Shown: piece by piece, positions 9,576-19,142 of the stretch
How the letters are laid out: each line of letters begins with the position of its first letter
Position numbering within the stretch: position 1 is the first letter of the stretch
DNA from: Candidatus Spongiisociaceae bacterium
GTDB taxonomy: Bacteria > Actinomycetota > Acidimicrobiia > Spongiisociales > Spongiisociaceae
Direction of reading: 5' to 3'
Assembly: GCA_965262915.1 (NCBI GenBank)
Contig: OZ253564.1
Coordinates: 1,504,001-1,568,000 of the forward strand
DNA length: 64,000 bases
Translations under genes and position numbers: made by a program
The notes under the pieces: model-generated
Databases searched by the model: none
What the model saw: the letters and a program-made list of their open reading frames with translations, nothing else
Told to the model about the DNA's origin: nothing

Positions 9576-10961
9576 CTTCTCCGTTCCAGCCTGGAAGAAC
9601 TCCGCGATGGAGCCAAGGTCATTGGCCTGTTCGAGGTTGCCGAAGAACTGCATCCACTGGTCGATCTGGGCGGCATCCATCCGGTAGCCGAGCAGCTCCC
9701 GCTGCTTGGAATTGAACTCTTCGAGGCTCAGCGGCCGCTGGTGGCTTCCCCGGGCATAGCCCACCTCCTCGACGAATCGCTTGCCACTGGTGGTGGTGAT
9801 CTCCACGCGGGTCGGAGCCGACGTGGTGTATCGCTCGCGAAGGCTCAGGTCGGGTTCGACAGTCACCTTCTCCATGTGGTGGAGGATGGTGGGGTCGAAG
9901 TACCGTTCGCCGCCGAACTGTTCGATCCCGACCCGGCCGTCAACCAGTCCGATCACGATGCAGTAGGGGACGGACAGGCGAGCTGCCATCACGCTGTTGG
10001 GGTGGTAGTTAAGCCCGTGACGTTTGGAGTAGGCCCTCTGATACAGGACGATCCGGTCGATGTCGTCGAGAGTCAGGCCATGCTCCCGAACGATGGTTTG
10101 GGCTCCATCGATCGCGGTGTGTGACGAGAGGATGCAGGGGTGGGCCTTAAGGTCGGCCTTGAGCATCTCCCAAGCGTCGCCGAGAGGTGCCTCCGCTTCG
10201 CGGACCAGCCGCGGGGCGTCTCGCTCGTCGGTATAGGCCCAGAGGAAGCCAACTTCGTGCTCAAGGAGGCCGGTCGGACCTGAGGCACCCGCTGCGGCGA
10301 GGAGGGCAGCCTGGCTTCCCTTCCAGGAAGCAGAGCCGGCGTGGAGACTCTTGGAGAAGTCCCCCACCTTGATGCAGTATCGAGTACCGCCGGCGTCATC
10401 GGCGGCGAAGCCAAGGGCGATCTCGGTCTCCTCGGGTCCAAGGCCCATCGCCCGAGCGGTCGCGGCGGCGGCCGCGATGCCGCCGATTGACGAGGTGGCA
10501 TGCCACCTCTGGTAGTGATCGGGCATCACGGCGCGTCCGATCCGGCCGCCGATCTCGAAGCCGGCTACCACGGCCTCAATGAGATCCTTTCCGTTGCCCC
10601 GGCGAACTTCCACTGCGGCGAGGGCGGCGGGAACTACCGGGGCTCCGAGGTGGGCGACAGCGTCGAGGTGGGTGTCGTCGTAGTCAAGGGTATGGATGGT
10701 GGTGGCATTGAGAAGAGCCGCGACCGGCTGGGCAGCCTGCTTCGCATCGAAGATGACGCTGCACCGGCCGGATGCCCGCAGCGTTCTTGCGTAGCGGGCC
10801 ATCGGCTGGATGATCTCCGGAGCGATTGCCGAGCCGGCCATTCCGCAGGCCAGAGCGTCGGCGATCACCTGTCGGGCGCGTTCGACCACTGGGCGGGGAA
10901 GATCCTCGAACCGGATTGAGGTACTACGGTGTGCGAGAAGGGCTGTCGGACCTGGTGTCAT
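9567..10961 (-). CDS. MmgE/PrpD-family protein
   Basis: HTLDYDDTH..AHLG, RWHAT, KSLHAG and KAHPC....H. Confidence 0.9.
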   Translation of the reverse strand: MTPGPTALLAHRSTSIRFEDLPRPVVERARQVIADALACGMAGSAIAPEIIQPMARYARTLRASGRCSVIFDAKQAAQPVAALLNATTIHTLDYDDTHLDAVAHLGAPVVPAALAAVEVRRGNGKDLIEAVVAGFEIGGRIGRAVMPDHYQRWHATSSIGGIAAAAATARAMGLGPEETEIALGFAADDAGGTRYCIKVGDFSKSLHAGSASWKGSQAALLAAAGASGPTGLLEHEVGFLWAYTDERDAPRLVREAEAPLGDAWEMLKADLKAHPCILSSHTAIDGAQTIVREHGLTLDDIDRIVLYQRAYSKRHGLNYHPNSVMAARLSVPYCIVIGLVDGRVGIEQFGGERYFDPTILHHMEKVTVEPDLSLRERYTTSAPTRVEITTTSGKRFVEEVGYARGSHQRPLSLEEFNSKQRELLGYRMDAAQIDQWMQFFGNLEQANDLGSIAEFFQAGTEKVG

Positions 10962-11014
10962 CGGGGCCTGCCTTCGAGGAGGGTTCTCGGGGTCAGAGGC
11001 GAACCTCTTGCAGA

Positions 11015-11077
11015 TTGCATACAATCATCCTAGTATCCTGCATGTTTGAGGCGGCGAGGCCAGCAGTTTGTATGCAA
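11015..11077. promoter_or_regulatory. Two GntR-type operators in the divergent promoter region
   Basis: TTGCATACAA at 11015-11024 and TTGTATGCAA at 11068-11077; the second overlaps the ATG at 11072. Confidence 0.7.
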
Positions 11078-11716
11078 TCAATACCCGGATCGATCGAGGA
11101 CACCCGTCGGGCCTACACCGAACAGCGGGTGGGCGGTGGGCGAGTGGGATTCGGCAAGACGGCGGCGCTCCTACTCGTCGATTTTCAGCACATGTACACG
11201 CAGGGTCGCAGCGGCTGCGGTACTGAAGCTCCGAAGCGCGCTGCAGAGCTCCTACGCGTGTTCAGGACTCGGGGGCTCCCGGTCTTCTTCGTGCGGGTTG
11301 TCTACCAGGCCGACGGTAGCGACCGCAACGTCTGGATCGACAAGGCGCCCGGGCTCTTGGAGAACAGTCCCGGGAGCAAGAACGTCGAGATCGATCCGAT
11401 CGTGGCGCCGCGTGCCGACGAAGCGGTGCTCGACAAGCGGGCTGCATCAGCATTCTTCGGGACGGGACTGGCGGCGCAACTGCGCGAGCGGGGCGTGGAC
11501 ACGGTGATCGTATCCGGTGCCTCGACGTCGGGATGCGTGCGCGCGTCGGTTGTCGATGGCGTGGCGCATGACTTCCGGATGATCGTCCCTCGGGAGTGTG
11601 TTGCCGATCGCTCGGAGTTGGCCCATGAGATGTCGTTATTCGACATCGACTCGAAATATGGGGATGTCGAGGACCTCGAACACGTGCGTAGACAGGTCGA
11701 ACGGATGAGCCCATGA
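11072..11716 (+). CDS. Isochorismatase-family cysteine hydrolase (maleamate amidohydrolase / N-carbamoylsarcosine amidase-like)
   Basis: ALLLVDFQ, K..ASAFFGT, GASTSGCVRASVVD and SLFDIDSKYGDV. Confidence 0.88.
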   Translation: MQSIPGSIEDTRRAYTEQRVGGGRVGFGKTAALLLVDFQHMYTQGRSGCGTEAPKRAAELLRVFRTRGLPVFFVRVVYQADGSDRNVWIDKAPGLLENSPGSKNVEIDPIVAPRADEAVLDKRAASAFFGTGLAAQLRERGVDTVIVSGASTSGCVRASVVDGVAHDFRMIVPRECVADRSELAHEMSLFDIDSKYGDVEDLEHVRRQVERMSP

Positions 11717-11780
11717 CTACGACCCCACGCAAGAACTGCGGCGATGGCGCCCAAGGCTTCGCAGGGCCCGCCAAGCCCTC

Positions 11781-12704
11781 GTGGTGGTAGAGCCGGACAA
11801 TCGTCGGTTCCCTCGGCCGGTGGCCGCTGAGCGGGGGCAACGCTGCCCGGGTCTGGTTGACCACGTCGGCGGTGTTGTTCCCGACCTGACCGCGGCCTCT
11901 GCAACCCTTGATCAAGCTGGTTTCAGCCTCACATTTCCAGCGTCTCTCATGAGACTCGGACGTGACCGGGCAACGATGGTCGAGTCCGGCGGGCGACAGC
12001 GGTGTGTCATGTTCAAGCGGGGATATGTCGAGATCCAGCAGATCGAGGGGAATGCCTTGGATCATCCCCTTGCAGAACGGGTCCACCGCTACCAGGGGCT
12101 CCACGTCCTTGCTCTTGCCACGGCTGATGCCGCGGCGACGGCTCAGCGATGGGCGTCCCGGGGACTGTCTGACGGAGAACTCCACCGGTGGGGGCGGCCT
12201 GCAGGAGGTGCAGGCGGGTTCGCAGAGTTCTCATTCGTTGTCGCACACAAGGCGGCGACGCCGAGTGCCCTCGTCATCGCCACCGAACACCACGATCCCG
12301 ATCTGATCCGCCCGCCCGGGTCGGTCGAGCATCCCAGCGGAGTAGAGGCTCTTCATGAATGCCTTGTTTCCGCATCCGACCCAAACTTCGCGACTGGCAC
12401 TTATGCGGCCTTGACCGGGGTCAATCCTGAGGATGATGGCTTCGGAGGCCGGCAATTCGGCGATGGCCAGGGTTCGTTGACCGTGGGGTCTCCTGATTGG
12501 GTGCGCCGCCGGATCCCCCTCGATCCTGCTGCACCGGATTGCATCGCAGCGGCCGTTCTCTCGGTGGCCGATGCGACTCGCTTTGCAGGAAATGTCAGTT
12601 CAGCCAGCGGGATCGCGCTTGGGAGCCGGGGAGGAGTGGAGTGGTTCTCGCTCTCAGAGATTGGCCTCGTCCTCGGCGCGGTTCAAGGAGATCGGGAGTC
12701 ATGA
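11781..12704 (+). CDS. VOC/glyoxalase-like domain protein
   Basis: VDHVGGVVPDL...GF, GYVEI, and EHPSGVEAL. Start codon uncertain. Confidence 0.65.
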   Translation: MVVEPDNRRFPRPVAAERGQRCPGLVDHVGGVVPDLTAASATLDQAGFSLTFPASLMRLGRDRATMVESGGRQRCVMFKRGYVEIQQIEGNALDHPLAERVHRYQGLHVLALATADAAATAQRWASRGLSDGELHRWGRPAGGAGGFAEFSFVVAHKAATPSALVIATEHHDPDLIRPPGSVEHPSGVEALHECLVSASDPNFATGTYAALTGVNPEDDGFGGRQFGDGQGSLTVGSPDWVRRRIPLDPAAPDCIAAAVLSVADATRFAGNVSSASGIALGSRGGVEWFSLSEIGLVLGAVQGDRES

Positions 12705-12740
12705 ACCGCTGCGGCATGAAGATCCTCGAGGACTACCGCC

Positions 12741-13544
12741 ATGAAGGGAGGGTCGGGCGTGACTGACGAGCAGCACCCTCTGCCTGCCGCCGCCCGGCAG
12801 CAGGCAGAACCAGGTCTTCGACGACGCGTGACTTCCCGCGCAGAGCCCGATCGCAGTCAACCCCGCTCGAAGGGCTTCGCCGACCTGGTTGGCCCGGTGC
12901 CGGCGGCAACTGCCCTCGACGCCCTGCGGGAGGCAATCGTCCGAGGTGAATACGGCCCAGGACACCAGCTCAAAGAGAAGGAGCTCTCCGCCCGACTAGC
13001 CGTGAGCCGAACACCTATTCGCGAAGCCCTCCGCCAGCTCCAATCCGAAGGCCTGGCGGAATACCGGCCGAACCGAGGCGTCTTCATACCCGAGTGGTCG
13101 GCAAGCGACCGGGAGGAGATCTTCGCTTTGCGGTTTCGGCTTGAGCCGTATGCGGCCGAACTGGCTGCTCTGGCGATCGCGCCGGAGCAGCTCGACCAAC
13201 TGAGGCAGATGGCCCAGGCCATGGAAGCAGCAACCGATTCCGATGACCCGGATCGCTTTGACCAGATCTCCCTGGTCAACAATCACTTCCACCGCCTGTT
13301 GGCGGCAGCTTCCGGAAGTACCCGCCTCGCTGCGATGCTCGCCTCGCTGCTCAATGTCCCGCTGATGCACAGGGCCTTCTCCGCATACGAGGAGGATGCT
13401 GTGATCCGGTCAAACGCCCATCACCGGGAGATCATCGACGCCTTCAGTGTCCGGGATCCTGACTGGGCCGCGGCGGTCGTTCGCGCTCACGTGCGCATCG
13501 CTCGCAACTTCCTGCAGGCCACCAGAGGGGGAGCGACCAGATGA
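12741..13544 (+). CDS. GntR-family (FCD domain) transcriptional regulator
   Basis: VSRTPIREALRQLQSEGL winged helix; NNHFH and HHREII in the FCD domain. The true start may be downstream. Confidence 0.92.
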   Translation: MKGGSGVTDEQHPLPAAARQQAEPGLRRRVTSRAEPDRSQPRSKGFADLVGPVPAATALDALREAIVRGEYGPGHQLKEKELSARLAVSRTPIREALRQLQSEGLAEYRPNRGVFIPEWSASDREEIFALRFRLEPYAAELAALAIAPEQLDQLRQMAQAMEAATDSDDPDRFDQISLVNNHFHRLLAAASGSTRLAAMLASLLNVPLMHRAFSAYEEDAVIRSNAHHREIIDAFSVRDPDWAAAVVRAHVRIARNFLQATRGGATR

Positions 13545-14461
13545 CGTCGATTCGTGATCTCGCCCCGTACAGTCCGATCGTCACCCGACCGCCGATCACC
13601 TGGCCCAACGGTGCCCGTCTCGCCTTGTGGATCGTCCCCAACATCGAGTTCTACGAGTTCGATCCACCTCCCGCAGTGGGTCGGGAGACCTGGGACCGCG
13701 TCCCGTCCTATCCCGACGTTCGCGAGTACTCCTTTCGGGACTACGGCAATCGGGTCGGTCTTTGGAGGATGCTCGATCTCTTAGACGAATTCCAGGTGAG
13801 AGCGACCGTCTCCCTCAATATCGCCCTGCTCGACCACTTCCCCGAGATCGGCGAGGCGATAGTCGATCGGGGATGGGCGGTGATGAGCCACGGCCTCTAC
13901 AACACGCGCTTCCTCTACGGCATGACGGTGGAAGAGGAGCGGGAGTTCTATCGCGACAACATCGATTCGCTGGCACGCCTGACGGGTCTGCAGCTCAAGG
14001 GGATCCTCACTCCAGCGGTCACCAATACACCACGCACACCGACGCTGATCGCCGAAGCGGGGCTCGTCTACCACGCCGACTGGGTTCACGACGATCAGCC
14101 GGTGCCGATCCTGGTCCCCTCCGGCCGCCTTATCTCGATGCCCTACTCCTACGATCTCAACGATGCGCCTCTCTGGGACGGGAGGCCGTACTCTGCGGAC
14201 TACCTGGTCGACGCCTGCCGGCGCCAGTTCGATCGCCTCTACGCCGAAGGGGAGGCGAACGGGATGGTGATGTGTGTGGCCCTGCACCCGTATCAAATCG
14301 GCCAACCTCATCACGCTGAGGTTCTGCGCGAGATCCTCGACTATCTGTGCGGCAGGGATGACGTCTGGTACGCAACCGGCGACGAGATCGCCGAGTACTA
14401 CCTTCAGAACTACTACGACCTGCACGCGGACCATGCTCGGGAGGTGGCTGATGCCGGCTGA
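13541..14461 (+). CDS. Polysaccharide deacetylase-family (PuuE-like) hydrolase
   Basis: WPNGARLALW, RDYGNRVGLWR, MSHG, DWVHDDQP and LHPYQIGQP. Confidence 0.88.
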   Translation: MTSIRDLAPYSPIVTRPPITWPNGARLALWIVPNIEFYEFDPPPAVGRETWDRVPSYPDVREYSFRDYGNRVGLWRMLDLLDEFQVRATVSLNIALLDHFPEIGEAIVDRGWAVMSHGLYNTRFLYGMTVEEEREFYRDNIDSLARLTGLQLKGILTPAVTNTPRTPTLIAEAGLVYHADWVHDDQPVPILVPSGRLISMPYSYDLNDAPLWDGRPYSADYLVDACRRQFDRLYAEGEANGMVMCVALHPYQIGQPHHAEVLREILDYLCGRDDVWYATGDEIAEYYLQNYYDLHADHAREVADAG

Positions 14462-15377
14462 GCGAGGTCACGGCATGGACCACGAGCACTATGGATGGGA
14501 TCCACTTCCCCGAAGGTCCGCCCTGGTCTGGCCCAACGGGGCGACGGTCGCCGTCGTTCCTCTGGTACTCCTCGAAGTGCATGAGGACCCGGTTCCCGAC
14601 TGGCCCCAGTACACCTCAGTCGGCGGTGGCCTGGTAAGGGCCAGTCCGAATATTTCGCGAGTGTCGACACGCGAGTACGGGCATCGCGTTGGGATCTTCC
14701 GGATGATCGAGGCCCTGCGCGCCTGCAGCATCCGGCCCACGGTGGCCATAGACGCACTCAGTGCCGAGTTGTACCCGTTCCTCGTCCGATGGCTCTCCGA
14801 TGCGGGCTCCGAGTTCATAGCACACGGCATTTCGGTGAATCGCCCGCTCCATGGGGCGATGACCGAGGTGGAGGAGCGGCACTACATCTCAGAGACGCTG
14901 GACCGATTGGCGGCGGCGGGGGTGGAGACGACCGGATGGCTCGGACCGGAGTATGGAGAATCGATGCGCACCCCCCAGATACTCGACGAGCTCGGCATCT
15001 CCTACGTGTGCGATTGGTGCAACGACGAACAGCCCTACCAGATGTCGACGGCCAATGGTCTCGTTGCGCTTCCCCTCCTTGCCGACCTGGACGATCAGAC
15101 AACACTGATCGGCCGCATGGCGGATCTCCAGGCCTACGGGCGTCACTTGGAGCGATGTGTCGTCGCCCTCGCCCGCGACGGTTCCCAAGCGGGCCGGGTG
15201 ATGGCCTTCGCCGTCAGGCCGTGGGTGATGGGCCAGCCGTTCCGAATCGGGGTCTTCGAGAAGTTTCTGGCGGTTGGAGTGGCGACCCCAGGAGTGTGGT
15301 TTGCCAGATCCGGCGAGGTGGTGACGGTGTGGCGGGAAACTCGAACGTCGCAGCCGGCGGCAGGACGTGGCCGGTGA
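14451..15377 (+). CDS. Second PuuE-like deacetylase-family protein
   Basis: WPNGATVAV, REYGHRVGIFR, GWLGP and DWCNDEQP. Confidence 0.85.
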   Translation: MPAERGHGMDHEHYGWDPLPRRSALVWPNGATVAVVPLVLLEVHEDPVPDWPQYTSVGGGLVRASPNISRVSTREYGHRVGIFRMIEALRACSIRPTVAIDALSAELYPFLVRWLSDAGSEFIAHGISVNRPLHGAMTEVEERHYISETLDRLAAAGVETTGWLGPEYGESMRTPQILDELGISYVCDWCNDEQPYQMSTANGLVALPLLADLDDQTTLIGRMADLQAYGRHLERCVVALARDGSQAGRVMAFAVRPWVMGQPFRIGVFEKFLAVGVATPGVWFARSGEVVTVWRETRTSQPAAGRGR

Positions 15378-15835
15378 GCGAACGAGTCGACATTGTGGAT
15401 GTGAGTCCGCGTGACGGGCTTCAGAACGAACCGGTCCTCCTGACGACTGAGGCGAAGGTCGAGCTGATTGAGCGGCTTGTTGGTGCTGGCCTGAGGCGGA
15501 TCGAGGTGACCGCTTTCGTGAGTCCGAGGGCGCTGCCGGCGATGGCCGATGGTGAGCAGGTGCTCTCCCGGTTGCCTCGTCGCGATGGCCTCCGATATTC
15601 GGCACTGGTGGTCAACGAGCGGGGCGTTGAGCGTGCCGCTGACACTCAGGTTCACGAGTTGAATGCCATTGTCGTGTGCTCGGACACGCTGGGGCAGCGG
15701 AATCAGCGCATGACGACAGCCGAAGCTCTCAGAGCTTGGGACCGCATTGCCGGGATGGTTCGAGACGCTGGTCTACGCTATCTTCGTCCTCTATCCCGTT
15801 CGGGGTATCCACCAAATGGAGAAGATAATGAGTGA
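15374..15835 (+). pseudogene. Truncated hydroxymethylglutaryl-CoA lyase-family gene
   Basis: DVSPRDGLQNE and IEVTAFVSP are present. Similarity ends near 15775, about half of the TIM barrel. Confidence 0.85.
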
Positions 15836-15977
15836 AGTGACCTACCACCTGGGTGAGGGAGTGAATCTCACTCTGGAGATCGAAGCCGACTCCGCCGAAG
15901 AGTTCGACGAACGCACCCGTCGCGTGGATTCCGAGAACGCCTCGAACCTGGAGGCGGCCGCAGCGGAGTCCGAATAG
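15828..15977 (+). CDS. Small acidic hypothetical protein (49 aa)
   Basis: SD GGAGA then ATG; MSEVTYHLGEGVNLTLEIEADSAEEFDER...; plausible codon usage. Confidence 0.45.
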   Translation: MSEVTYHLGEGVNLTLEIEADSAEEFDERTRRVDSENASNLEAAAAESE

Positions 15978-16174
15978 CCGACATCGGCCTACTGTTCGTC
16001 CCTAGCGCGAGGGAGCGCGACACTTGGCGCGGGCTTCGATCCTCGTGAGAATCTCTCGGCGGTCACGATCCCGCCGTAGCTCGATAAGTAAGACCCAACA
16101 GATTCGCCGAGGTCAGGTCCTCTATGTTCCGAACGCTTCTCTGCCACCAGGCAGGCACTGCGGCATCGGCGGGT

Positions 16175-16600
16175 TCAATGGCCGGGGGTTTCCCGAATGA
16201 CTCCGGGAAACATCGCGAAGTCGTTGTCGTAAGAAACCACCACGGCCTGGAACTCCTGGGCGAGCACCGCCAAGTGCGCATCCATCACCAGGTTTCCGGC
16301 GGAGCCGATCGCGCTCAGAAGGGCCCGAAGCCGCTCGGGATGCGCCGGACCCGGATGCAGGACGACCAGATAGGCGGGCGCCATCCACTCGGCCACGCGG
16401 GAAAGCGCCTGATCGCCGGTCAGTGGACTTGGGAAGAACCTGGGGTTGGTGGTCACCCGCATGAACGTCGGCAGCACCACCCAGGAGACACCTATGGTTT
16501 CGTCGCCGTGCAGAGCACGCCAAAGCCAGTCATGGGCCTCCTGGTGCCTCGGGTCGCCCTCTTTGACTGAGGAGATCGGAACGTTGCTGCCAACTGTCTC
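16175..16600 (-). pseudogene. VapC/PIN toxin relic
   Basis: HQEAHDWL...FMRVTTNPR...GNLVMDAHLAVLAQE...SYDNDFAMFPG. The N-terminal start codon and the first catalytic Asp are missing. Confidence 0.75.
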
Positions 16601-16956
16601 TACCGAGGGCGTCCAATAGGTTCATGTCATGACCCATGGACTCGAGGATCTGCTCATCCTCCAACAAAACCCACGATCTTGATGTGGTGATGCATTGAGT
16701 CGGGTGAGGTCATGACCTCGTCGAACACCACCAGGCCGGGCGCCGCGTTGCCCGCGGTAAGGGCCGCTCAGCCATTCGCTGCTCCTCGATGATCCCAACG
16801 ACGTGTCAACCAGCCAGATCGCTGCCCGAACTCGATCATCCTCTGGTATTACTTTCGTAATAATCTGAACCGGGATGCTGAGTTGGCCGGCGCCGCCCCT
16901 GTCCTGGTGGGCGGTTGTACGTCGGCCCTCTGCTGGTGAGGAGGCGAGGGGTTCGG

Positions 16957-18108
16957 GTGACGGGTCGCAACGTGGAGCGTGGTTGGAAGTGGCTTGCCGG
17001 TTTCCTCGTCACTGTGGCGATGGTCGGTTTGGGGGCGGCGGTCACCGATACCGAGCCGGGTGCGACCATGTCCACGGTCGCGAGTTCGATAGGTATCACT
17101 GCTACGACACGGACCGAGGCGGCGGTGGCTGCTTCCGCGGGTTCCTCATCGGTAACGACCGTTCCGCAGATGGAAGCTTCACGGGAGGAGGCTGGGCAGA
17201 TCGCTACGGTCACTGCCACAGCGGCCGAGAGTCGGGCCCTTGAGACCACCATGGTCGAGATGGCTGCTGTTTCCGCGGATTCGCTATCGGTTACGACTGT
17301 TCCGCAGGTGGAGTCTCCACCGCAGCAGGCTGCAGAGCCGGCAATTACCACCACAGCCGCCGCCACTCCGGACAGGGTCACATCCGGACGCATCGCCTAC
17401 ACCAAAGCGAGATCGGATGACAGTTTGGCAGGGATCTGGGTGGTGAATCCGTACGGCGCCAACCGACGGCGGCTGGCTGACAGAGGCTGGGCACCGGTGT
17501 GGTCGCCGGACGGGAACCGTATCGTATATAGCGATGGAGGGGTGTGGGTGGTGGATGCGGATGGCGCCGACCCCCAACTGCTGGCTGACGGGGGTTTGGA
17601 TGCGGTGTGGTCGCCGGACGGGAACCACGTCACTTACCTCAGGCTGAGACGGAGCGAGTACGTTGTCGACATTTGGGTGGTGGGTACCGACGGCGGCTAC
17701 CCGCGGAGGCTGGCCAGGAAAGGCAGGCAGCCGGAATGGTCGCCGGACGGGCGGCACATCGCTTACTTCAGAGAGGTTGAGTCTGCTCCTGAGCTTTGGG
17801 TGGTGGGTGCCGACGGCGCCGACCTCCGGTGGCTGACTGACGGTTCGGGTCCGGTGTGGTCGCCCGATGGGAACCGGATTGCTTACACGGACAGAAGGAT
17901 TCGGGTAGTCGATGCCGATGGCGCCAACTCCCGGCAGCTCACCGACGACTATGGCTTGAGTCTGGTGTGGTTGCCCGATGGGACGTATATCGCCTACTCC
18001 ACCGGATGCTATGGTCAACCCGAAGAGGTTTGGGTGGTGGATACCGTGAGCGCCGACTCTTGGCGGCTGGCCGAAGGTGCTTGGAGTCCGGCTTGGTCAC
18101 CCGTGTAG
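16957..18108 (+). CDS. Exported TolB-like PD40/beta-propeller repeat protein with an S/T/A-rich linker
   Basis: About six repeats of PVWSPDG..IAY...WVV.ADG. Hydrophobic N-terminal segment. Start uncertain (16915-17020). Confidence 0.82.
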   Translation: MTGRNVERGWKWLAGFLVTVAMVGLGAAVTDTEPGATMSTVASSIGITATTRTEAAVAASAGSSSVTTVPQMEASREEAGQIATVTATAAESRALETTMVEMAAVSADSLSVTTVPQVESPPQQAAEPAITTTAAATPDRVTSGRIAYTKARSDDSLAGIWVVNPYGANRRRLADRGWAPVWSPDGNRIVYSDGGVWVVDADGADPQLLADGGLDAVWSPDGNHVTYLRLRRSEYVVDIWVVGTDGGYPRRLARKGRQPEWSPDGRHIAYFREVESAPELWVVGADGADLRWLTDGSGPVWSPDGNRIAYTDRRIRVVDADGANSRQLTDDYGLSLVWLPDGTYIAYSTGCYGQPEEVWVVDTVSADSWRLAEGAWSPAWSPV

Positions 18109-18140
18109 CGGACCGTGATCAGGACACTCGGCCACACGGC

Positions 18141-19142
18141 CTATTCGACTGTCCAGGTTCCGAGGCTGGTGAGCAGTTTGCCCAGGTCGCCGTTGCCGCG
18201 GGCGGCTTTGGATCGGGTGACCTCGGCGGCGAGGGTGTCGTCGTAGACGGGGCGGTACACGTCGCGGAAGATGCCCAGGGGAGTGGGGCCGTAGGGGCCG
18301 TGGGCGAGGCGGGAGAGGGCGAAGGCTTGGGAGGAGTCATCGTCGTGGGCGTTGTGGACGATGATCTGCGATGGGCTGACCGAGTAGCGGTCGACGATGG
18401 TCGCCCGGCCGCCGTCCCACACCACGGCTTTCTCCTTGTTGGCTCCGAACACGATCGGTTGCCCGTGGACCAGGTCGATCCGGTTGGCGTACCGCTCCTT
18501 CTTGCCGGTCAACTGGATGAAGGCCTTGTCGTTGAACACGTTGCAGTTCTGGTAGATCTCGATCAGCGCCGACCCGCGATGGGCGTGGGCGGCCTTGAGG
18601 ATGGCGGTGGTGTGGTTGCGGTCCATGTCCAGGGTGCGGGCCACGAAGGTGGCTTCGGCTCCGAGCGCCAGGCTCACCGGGTTGAACGGGTAGTCGATGG
18701 ATCCCCCGGGGGACGACTTGGTGGTCTTGCCGGGTTCGGAGGTGGGTGAGTACTGGCCCTTGGTCAGGCCGTAGATCTGGTTGTTGAACAGCAGGATCGT
18801 GAGATCGAGGTTTCGTCGCATGACGTGGATCAGGTGGTTGCCGCCGATCGAGAGCAGGTCCCCGTCACCCCCCACCACCCATACGGACAGTTCAGGGTTG
18901 GCGATGGCCACGCCGGTGGCGATGGCCGGCGCCCGGCCGTGGATGGCGTGCATACCGTAGGTGTTCATGTAATAGGGGAAGCGGGCCGCACATCCGATAC
19001 CGGACACGAACACCACGTTCTCCCGTTTGATGTCGAGGCCGGCCATGAAGTTCTGGACGGCGGCGAGGATCGTGTAGTCCCCGCATCCGGGGCACCAACG
19101 TACCTCTTGGTCGGTCTGGAAATCGACGCGCGTGTAGCTCAT
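18141..19142 (-). CDS. korB: 2-oxoacid:ferredoxin oxidoreductase beta subunit
   Basis: WCPGCGD, SGIGC, HGRA, GDGD and YGLTKGQYSPT. Confidence 0.93.
   Translation of the reverse strand: MSYTRVDFQTDQEVRWCPGCGDYTILAAVQNFMAGLDIKRENVVFVSGIGCAARFPYYMNTYGMHAIHGRAPAIATGVAIANPELSVWVVGGDGDLLSIGGNHLIHVMRRNLDLTILLFNNQIYGLTKGQYSPTSEPGKTTKSSPGGSIDYPFNPVSLALGAEATFVARTLDMDRNHTTAILKAAHAHRGSALIEIYQNCNVFNDKAFIQLTGKKERYANRIDLVHGQPIVFGANKEKAVVWDGGRATIVDRYSVSPSQIIVHNAHDDDSSQAFALSRLAHGPYGPTPLGIFRDVYRPVYDDTLAAEVTRSKAARGNGDLGKLLTSLGTWTVE

Noticed and set aside
16600-16840. Possible further gene remnant next to the PIN relic
   Set aside because: Only short fragments are present, with no motif I can assign.
17480-18100. 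Regularly spaced GTGTGGTCGCCGGACGGG repeats
   Set aside because: They encode the WSPDG motif of the PD40 repeats.
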